NCBI RefSeq assembly: GCF_000621645.1
Contig: NZ_KK211323.1
Span: 124,947 to 156,946 of the forward strand
Length of the DNA: 32,000 bases
Direction: 5' to 3'
From: Vibrio cholerae ATCC 14035
GTDB taxonomy: Bacteria; Pseudomonadota; Gammaproteobacteria; Enterobacterales; Vibrionaceae
Below, piece by piece: positions 26,888-32,000 of the stretch. Within the stretch, counting starts at the first letter, position 1. Every line of letters starts with the position of its first letter. A program made the translations under genes and the position numbers. The notes beneath the pieces are model-generated. The model saw only the letters and a program-made list of their open reading frames with translations. It was not told the origin of the DNA and ran no database searches.

Positions 26888-26918
26888 AATGCCGCTCGAT
26901 GAGCGGCATTCTTTTATC
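26888..26918 (+). terminator. Rho-independent terminator of the apt-dnaX-ybaB-recR cluster
   Basis: 10-bp stem aatgccgctc (26888-26897) / gagcggcatt (26901-26910) followed by cttttat. Confidence 0.75.
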
Positions 26919-26978
26919 TGTACTTGTCTTTTAATCTGTGTTCGGAGGCGAAGTCGCGTAGCGGAATCCACGTTATGC

Positions 26979-27230
26979 TTAAGTTAATCGCTCAAGTTCG
27001 GTTAAGTTAGCCAAGGCTTGCTGATTGGTTTTTCCACACACGACAGGGCAAGCTTTGAAATCGTGACACACTTTTGGGCGCTCAGGGCGGCCAAATAGTT
27101 GGCACAAATTATCCTCATTAAGCTGAACACAGCGCACACCAGCCGGTTTGCCATTCGGCATGCCTGGAATCGGGGAGGAGATGCTTGGCGCTATGCAGCA
27201 AGCGCCGCAGCCTAATCGACAATCCATCAT
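26979..27230 (-). CDS. YkgJ-family cysteine-cluster protein (CxxCxxCC putative Zn/Fe-chelating domain)
   Basis: The 83-aa product contains CRLGCGACC plus four further Cys (C33, C43, C55, C61/C65 region). A tandem MM start leaves a 1-codon ambiguity. Confidence 0.7.
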   Translation of the reverse strand: MMDCRLGCGACCIAPSISSPIPGMPNGKPAGVRCVQLNEDNLCQLFGRPERPKVCHDFKACPVVCGKTNQQALANLTELERLT

Positions 27231-27300
27231 AATCTCTTTGCGCTGGAAAAATGGGCGGCCATCCTAACAGAAAGCTTGATAGGATGCACTTGCGCTTTTC

Positions 27301-27329
27301 TTGCACTTTAGCGATGTAAAGAGTATAAA
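27301..27329 (+). promoter_or_regulatory. Candidate sigma-70 promoter of ycgN
   Basis: ttgcac (27301-27306), a 17-bp spacer, then tataaa (27324-27329), 35 nt upstream of the ATG. Confidence 0.4.
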
Positions 27330-27364
27330 TCGTCCCCCCGATAGATAAACCGTAAGACACTGCA

Positions 27365-27802
27365 ATGAGTACACCCTTCTGGCAAAGCAAAACGTTAGAC
27401 CAAATGACCGAAGCCGAGTGGGAATCGCTGTGCGATGGCTGTGGTAAATGTTGTCTGCACAAACTCATGGACGAAGATACGGATGAAATCTACTACACCA
27501 ATGTGGCGTGTAGCTGGCTCAATAGCGACACCTGCTCTTGTAAAGATTACCCCAATCGTTTTAGCTCAGGTGAAGAGTGTTTAAAGCTCACTCGCGACAA
27601 GATTGAAGAGTTTAACTGGCTGCCTGATACCTGCGCTTACCGTTTGCTTGGTAATGGTCAAACACTTCCAGAATGGCATCCTTTGCTGACCGGCTCGAAA
27701 GACGCCATGCATGCCGCCGATGAAAGTGTGCGCGGTAAAATCGTTTATGAAGTGGATGTGATTGATTGGGAAGATCACATTGTGCTGATGAGTCGAGATT
27801 AA
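27365..27802 (+). CDS. ycgN: YcgN (UPF0260) cysteine-cluster protein
   Basis: [45 protein letters not shown] is near-identical to the remembered E. coli YcgN N-terminal region, and the conserved WHPLLTGSK is present. Confidence 0.85.
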   Translation: MSTPFWQSKTLDQMTEAEWESLCDGCGKCCLHKLMDEDTDEIYYTNVACSWLNSDTCSCKDYPNRFSSGEECLKLTRDKIEEFNWLPDTCAYRLLGNGQTLPEWHPLLTGSKDAMHAADESVRGKIVYEVDVIDWEDHIVLMSRD

Positions 27803-27835
27803 GCGCTTTACTCATCGATGGTGATGTTAGAGAAC

Positions 27836-27870
27836 AAAAACGCCTTGCTGCTTGCAAGGCGTTTGTCTTT
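27836..27870. terminator. Bidirectional terminator between convergent ycgN and yciK
   Basis: 11-bp stem aaacgccttgc (27838-27848) / gcaaggcgttt (27854-27864), with an A-run before it and a T-rich tail after. Confidence 0.7.
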
Positions 27871-27895
27871 GTGTGAAAGCGAAAACTAAACCGCG

Positions 27896-28639
27896 TTATT
27901 TCTTTGGCTGGGCATCAATACATTGACCGTGCACTTCACGGCCTTCTGGAGCCATCAAGTACAGATAGAGTGGCATAATATCGAGCGGTGTTTTTAACTT
28001 GTCTGCATCCTCTGCTGGGTAGGCTTTCGCGCGCATCGCGGTGCGAGTGCCGCCCGGGTTAATCGCATTGACTCGAATGGTGCTTTCACTCAATTCATCG
28101 GCCAGAATTTGCATCATACCTTCAGTCGCAAACTTAGAAATCGCGTAAGTTGCCCAGAAAGCACGGCCAATATGACCTACGGTAGACGTGGTAAACACAA
28201 TTCGAGCATCGGCTGATTTGTGCAGCAGCGGTAGCAGCGCTTGAGTCATAAGGAACTGTGCTTTCACGTTCACTTGCATCACTTCATCGAAGCTGTCTTC
28301 GCCAATTTGATCGAAGGGGCTGAGTACGCCAAGCAAGCTGGCATTGTGTAATACGCCATCCAAACGGCCAAATTGATCTTCTATTGTATCGACCATATCC
28401 AGATAATTTTGTTTGGTTGCGCCTTTCATATCTAAAGGAACAATCGCCGGTGTCGGATAACCCGCTGCTTCAATAGCATCATAGGTTTGTTCGAGCTTTT
28501 TCACGGTACGGCCAAGTAAAATCACGGTCGCGCCGTGCGCCGCGAAACTGATCGCCGCTTGCTTACCAATACCATCACCCGCTCCGGTGACTAAAATCAC
28601 TTTCTCTTTCAAAGCGTCTGTTGAGACTGAATAATTCAC
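27896..28639 (-). CDS. yciK: Short-chain dehydrogenase/reductase YciK
   Basis: The Rossmann motif VTGAGDGIGK and the catalytic YAISKFATEG are present. LDGVLHNA and NPGGTRTAMRA align with E. coli YciK. It is divergent from sohB, as in E. coli. Confidence 0.85.
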   Translation of the reverse strand: MNYSVSTDALKEKVILVTGAGDGIGKQAAISFAAHGATVILLGRTVKKLEQTYDAIEAAGYPTPAIVPLDMKGATKQNYLDMVDTIEDQFGRLDGVLHNASLLGVLSPFDQIGEDSFDEVMQVNVKAQFLMTQALLPLLHKSADARIVFTTSTVGHIGRAFWATYAISKFATEGMMQILADELSESTIRVNAINPGGTRTAMRAKAYPAEDADKLKTPLDIMPLYLYLMAPEGREVHGQCIDAQPKK

Positions 28640-28788
28640 GTCTTATTCCTTATTATTTTTTAGCTCTTCCTGCTGGCAAACTCTGGCTGAGGCGTGTCAA
28701 AAATCCAAGGTTAGTCGAGTTGGAAGAGGATTTGCTTTAAGTCTTCGTGACAAGGTGGTTACAATACACCAATTCGTATTCAAGAAGG

Positions 28789-29859
28789 ATGAGTCACTTG
28801 GAGTTTTTGTTAGATTACGGCCTGTTTTTGGCCAAGATTGTGACTGTGGTAGTCGCATTGGTCGCAGTACTAGTGATAGTAAAATCATTGGGCGGACGCA
28901 GTGGTGGTGCCAAAGGGGAGTTGGAAATCACCGATCTGACCGAACAGCATAAAGAGACGGTTGAGCGTTTAGAGGCTTATCTGCATGACGAAGCGTTTTT
29001 AAAAGCGCGCGATAAAGCGGATAAGAAGAAAGAAAAAGCTGAGCAGAAAAGTCGTGAAAAGTCGCTTAAGCAAGCGGCGAAAGAAGGTGAATTGGAAAGC
29101 AAACGCGATCCGCATCTGTTTGTGCTTGATTTTCACGGCAGTATTGATGCGAAAGAAGTCGCTTCACTGCGTGAAGAGGTGAGCGCGATTTTGGCGGTGG
29201 CACAAGCGGGTGATGAAGTGCTGCTGCGTTTGGAAACTGGTGGCGGCATGGTGCATGGTTATGGTTTGGCATCATCACAACTGGATCGCCTTAAAGCGGC
29301 TGGCTTACCGCTGACGATTGCGGTAGATAAAGTTGCAGCTAGCGGCGGTTATATGATGGCCTGCATCGCTGATAAAATCGTCAGTGCGCCATTTGCGATT
29401 GTCGGATCTATCGGTGTGGTGGCTCAGTTACCAAACTTCCATAAACTGCTGAAAAAGAACGATATCGAGTTTGAACAGCTCACGGCGGGCGAATACAAGC
29501 GCACCTTAACCATGTTTGGTGAAAACACCGATAAAGCGCGTGAAAAGTTCAAGCAAGAGCTGGAAGAAACACATCAACTGTTCAAAGACTTTATCCGTGA
29601 GCATCGACCCGCGTTGGATCTCGATAAAGTCGCGACAGGTGAACACTGGTTTGGCACGCAGGCCAAAGCTCTGGGGTTGGTCGATGAGATTCAAACGTCC
29701 GATGATTTGATTGTTGCCGCGTGCAAGAGCAAAACCGTACTTCTGCTGCGTTATACGCAAAAGAAAAAGCTGGCCGATAAACTGGCCGGAGTGGCCGGTG
29801 ATGCCGCCGACAATGTGTTGCTGAAACTGATCAGTCGAGGCCAACGTCCCTTGGTTTAA
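28789..29859 (+). CDS. sohB: Inner-membrane S49-family peptidase SohB
   Basis: The N-terminal TM is YGLFLAKIVTVVVALVAV. The motifs DKVAASGGYMMAC (catalytic Ser context), SAPFAIVGSIGVV and ATGEHWFG match E. coli SohB. The ATG at 28789 abuts the SD. The TTG at 28798 would align exactly with the E. coli N-terminus (MELLSEYG), so the start is uncertain by 3 codons. Confidence 0.85.
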   Translation: MSHLEFLLDYGLFLAKIVTVVVALVAVLVIVKSLGGRSGGAKGELEITDLTEQHKETVERLEAYLHDEAFLKARDKADKKKEKAEQKSREKSLKQAAKEGELESKRDPHLFVLDFHGSIDAKEVASLREEVSAILAVAQAGDEVLLRLETGGGMVHGYGLASSQLDRLKAAGLPLTIAVDKVAASGGYMMACIADKIVSAPFAIVGSIGVVAQLPNFHKLLKKNDIEFEQLTAGEYKRTLTMFGENTDKAREKFKQELEETHQLFKDFIREHRPALDLDKVATGEHWFGTQAKALGLVDEIQTSDDLIVAACKSKTVLLLRYTQKKKLADKLAGVAGDAADNVLLKLISRGQRPLV

Positions 29860-29891
29860 GGTTGATTGGTTTACTGTTCGTTGCCGTAATG

Positions 29892-29926
29892 AAAAAACGC
29901 GCTTAGTTTGCTAAGCGCGTTTTTTC
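29892..29926. terminator. Bidirectional terminator between convergent sohB and the PLP-enzyme gene
   Basis: Stem cgcgcttag (29898-29906) / ctaagcgcg (29911-29919), flanked by A6 upstream and T6 downstream. Confidence 0.8.
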
Positions 29927-29983
29927 ATGGTCATCCCTAAATCATCGCTTTTTGCGCTGGGATGGTTTGCATGGAGTAAGCAC

Positions 29984-31051
29984 TTAATCCAAACAGCCTG
30001 TCGCGGAGAATGTTTCCAACTTGTGCAGATATTTACTTAAATCGCCAATGTTGTTTTTGACCCACTCAGAGTTGTAATAGGTATCAAGGTAGCGTTCACC
30101 GCTATCGCACAAGAGCGTGACAATCGAACCTTGCTCACCGCGGCGCTTCATTTCGCAGGCGAGTTGCAGCGCGCCATACAGGTTAGTGCCAGTGGAGGCG
30201 CCTGCTTTACGGCCAAGAATTTTCTCCAACCAGTAGATGGTCGCTACACTCGCGGCATCAGGGATCGCACGCATTTCATCTACCACATCAGGAATAAAGC
30301 TCGGCTCGACTCTTGGGCGGCCAATGCCTTCAATTTTGCTGCCGCAGTCACGGGTTAGCTCGGCATTTCGCGTGCGGTAGTAGTCATAAAAAACCGAGTT
30401 TTCCGGGTCAACCACACACAGTTTGGTGTTGTATTGTTGGTAGCGAATAAAGCGGCCGATAGTGGCTGAGGTGCCTCCCGTCCCCGGGCTCATCACAATC
30501 CAGCTTGGAACGGGGTGTTGTTCCATCTGCATCTGGCTAAAAATACTGTCAGCGATGTTGCTGTTACCACGCCAGTCGGTGGCTCGTTCAGCGTAAGTAA
30601 ACTGATCCATGTAGTGGCCTTTCAGCTCTTTCGCGAGACGATGAGATTCTGCGTAAATTTGATCGGAGCGATCTACAAGATGCGCCTTGCCCCCATAGAA
30701 CTGGATCTGTTCGATTTTTTTACGCGCGGTGCACTTTGGCATCACGGCAATAAAGGGTAGGCCAAGCAAGCGAGCAAAGTAAGCTTCCGATACGGCAGTA
30801 CTGCCAGATGAGGATTCAATAATGGTAGTTTCTGGGCCAATCCAGCCATTACACAGCCCATATAAAAACAGTGAACGGGCGAGACGGTGTTTGAGAGAAC
30901 CGGTGGGGTGGGTACTTTCATCTTTCAGATAGATATCGACGCCAGAGACGCAAGGTAAATCGAGTTTAATCAGATGGGTGTCGGCGGAGCGTTGATAGTC
31001 TGCTTCAATTTTACGAATTGCACTGTTAATCCACTGATGGTCGGTACACAT
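29984..31051 (-). CDS. PLP-dependent cysteine-synthase-family (fold-type II) enzyme; CdsH-like putative L-cysteine desulfhydrase
   Basis: The PLP-lysine context is [11 protein letters not shown], and the glycine-rich phosphate loop is [12 protein letters not shown]. Length is 355 aa. It is divergently paired with an Lrp/AsnC regulator of the YbaO type, an arrangement I recall for the Salmonella cysteine desulfhydrase gene. Confidence 0.7.
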   Translation of the reverse strand: MCTDHQWINSAIRKIEADYQRSADTHLIKLDLPCVSGVDIYLKDESTHPTGSLKHRLARSLFLYGLCNGWIGPETTIIESSSGSTAVSEAYFARLLGLPFIAVMPKCTARKKIEQIQFYGGKAHLVDRSDQIYAESHRLAKELKGHYMDQFTYAERATDWRGNSNIADSIFSQMQMEQHPVPSWIVMSPGTGGTSATIGRFIRYQQYNTKLCVVDPENSVFYDYYRTRNAELTRDCGSKIEGIGRPRVEPSFIPDVVDEMRAIPDAASVATIYWLEKILGRKAGASTGTNLYGALQLACEMKRRGEQGSIVTLLCDSGERYLDTYYNSEWVKNNIGDLSKYLHKLETFSATGCLD

Positions 31052-31172
31052 AATCCAGTTTCTCCCTTAGGTTACCGAATCAGTTTAGCTAGGCTTGGAG
31101 AGAAAAACTTTGCCATTTTGCCTATGCTTTTGTAGTTTTGTAGAAAAATTTTCTCTAAAAAAGGCAATTTGT

Positions 31173-31631
31173 ATGTTGCTCGACAAAGTTGATCGGCAAA
31201 TCTTGGCCATTTTGCAACAAGACTGCACCGTGTCACTCAATGAATTAGCCGAAGCGGTCAATTTAACCACAACGCCTTGCTGGAAGCGTTTGAAAAAAAT
31301 GGAAGAAGGTGGCGTGATTCGCGAGCGAGTCGCACTGCTTGATGCGCAAGCCCTTGACCTCTCTTTCACGGCCTTTGTCATGGTGACGACCAATAACCAC
31401 TCCCATGAATGGTACTGCCGCTTTGTGACTGCCGTGGAAGAGTTTCCCGAAGTGATGGAGTTTTATCGCATGGCGGGAGAATACGATTACATGATGAAGG
31501 TGCAGGTCAAAGATATGCCGTGTTTTGACCGATTCTATAAAAAACTGGTCAATAGTATCGAAGGGTTGAACAAAGTGACCTCCACCTTTGCGATGGAGTC
31601 ACTTAAATACACGACTCAGTTACCGCTCTAA
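31173..31631 (+). CDS. decR: Lrp/AsnC-family transcriptional regulator (YbaO/DecR-like)
   Basis: The ATG at 31173 lies 8 nt after [49 protein letters not shown] closely matches the remembered E. coli YbaO N-terminal HTH, and a C-terminal RAM/AsnC_trans_reg domain follows. The track start at 31095 lacks support. Confidence 0.65.
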   Translation: MLLDKVDRQILAILQQDCTVSLNELAEAVNLTTTPCWKRLKKMEEGGVIRERVALLDAQALDLSFTAFVMVTTNNHSHEWYCRFVTAVEEFPEVMEFYRMAGEYDYMMKVQVKDMPCFDRFYKKLVNSIEGLNKVTSTFAMESLKYTTQLPL

Positions 31632-31639
31632 GGGTGAGA

Positions 31640-32000
31640 TCAGCTTAAAAAGCGCATAACGCCTTCTTGGACGGCTGTTGCGACCAAATTGCCTTGGCGA
31701 TCATAAATCTCACCACGCACTAAACCACGTGTATTGCTCGCCGTAGGACTTTCGATGGCAAACAGTAGCCAGTCATCCATCTTAAACGGACGGTGGAACC
31801 AGATAGAGTGGTCAATGGTTGCCACTTGGAATTTTGGTGTCATCAGAGAAACACCGTGTGGATGCAAGGCGGTCACTAAAAAGCCCCAGTCAGACGCATA
31901 GCCAAGCAAATACTGATGGATGAGCTGGTCATCGGGCATATCGCCATTGGCTCGGATCCACAAATACTGCTTAGGCTCCGCTTTTTCTGGCTTCAAGGGG
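31640..32000 (-). CDS. tesB: Acyl-CoA thioesterase II, C-terminal part (5' end outside window)
   Basis: [54 protein letters not shown] aligns with the E. coli TesB C-terminus (DHSMWFHRPF...VQEGVMR). The frame stays open to the window edge. Confidence 0.9.
   Translation of the reverse strand, partial: PLKPEKAEPKQYLWIRANGDMPDDQLIHQYLLGYASDWGFLVTALHPHGVSLMTPKFQVATIDHSIWFHRPFKMDDWLLFAIESPTASNTRGLVRGEIYDRQGNLVATAVQEGVMRFLS

Noticed and set aside
27118-27468. 116-aa - strand ORF spanning the ykgJ-like / ycgN intergenic region
   Set aside because: It overlaps two well-supported genes and their promoter region in a different frame, with no homology signal.
1-32000. Mobile elements, defence islands, CRISPR arrays, integron VCR repeats, tRNA/rRNA genes
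   Set aside because: I scanned the intergenic regions and ORF products. I found no transposase, integrase or phage-like proteins, no direct-repeat arrays, and no tRNA-like cloverleaf candidates in the larger gaps. Gene content is housekeeping with E. coli-like local synteny, so the window is core chromosome rather than an accessory island.

Overview
The window reads as conserved core chromosome of a Vibrio. Gene order and protein sequences match what I recall for Vibrio cholerae chromosome 1, running zntA-udp ... metG/mrp ... fadL-fadL ... fadIJ ... aphB/rssB ... apt-dnaX-ybaB-recR ... sohB ... tesB. I could not check this against any database. I support 30 protein-coding genes (zntA and tesB are cut by the window edges) plus one candidate 43-codon small ORF missing from the ORF track. 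Many track ORFs are N-terminally over-extended, so I re-called starts from Shine-Dalgarno (SD) position and homologue N-termini. I found no rRNA, tRNA, CRISPR array, IS element, prophage or integron, and saw no gross compositional break. Non-coding features are about 15 rho-independent terminator hairpins (several bidirectional between convergent genes), one ERIC/IRU repeat carrying a 69-bp internal insertion, a tandem-CRP (CytR-type) udp promoter, and a FadR-like palindromic operator on the fadIJ promoter. The least explained part is the lipid block at 11.0-19.4 kb. It holds two diverged tandem fadL paralogs, then an uncharacterised ECF sigma / DUF3379-type anti-sigma pair with an 8-nt overlap. 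A 527-bp intergenic region follows, ending in a very strong + strand terminator with no + strand gene upstream (candidate sRNA or small-protein locus), and fadIJ comes next. Other points worth a second look: a dnaX A-AAA-AAG frameshift site with an immediate -1 frame TGA; a TAATG-coupled small membrane ORF upstream of ybaN; RssB with a degenerate PP2C domain divergent from aphB; a divergent Lrp-family regulator / PLP enzyme pair resembling a cysteine-degradation module; and a divergent pair of CxxCxxCC cysteine-cluster proteins.
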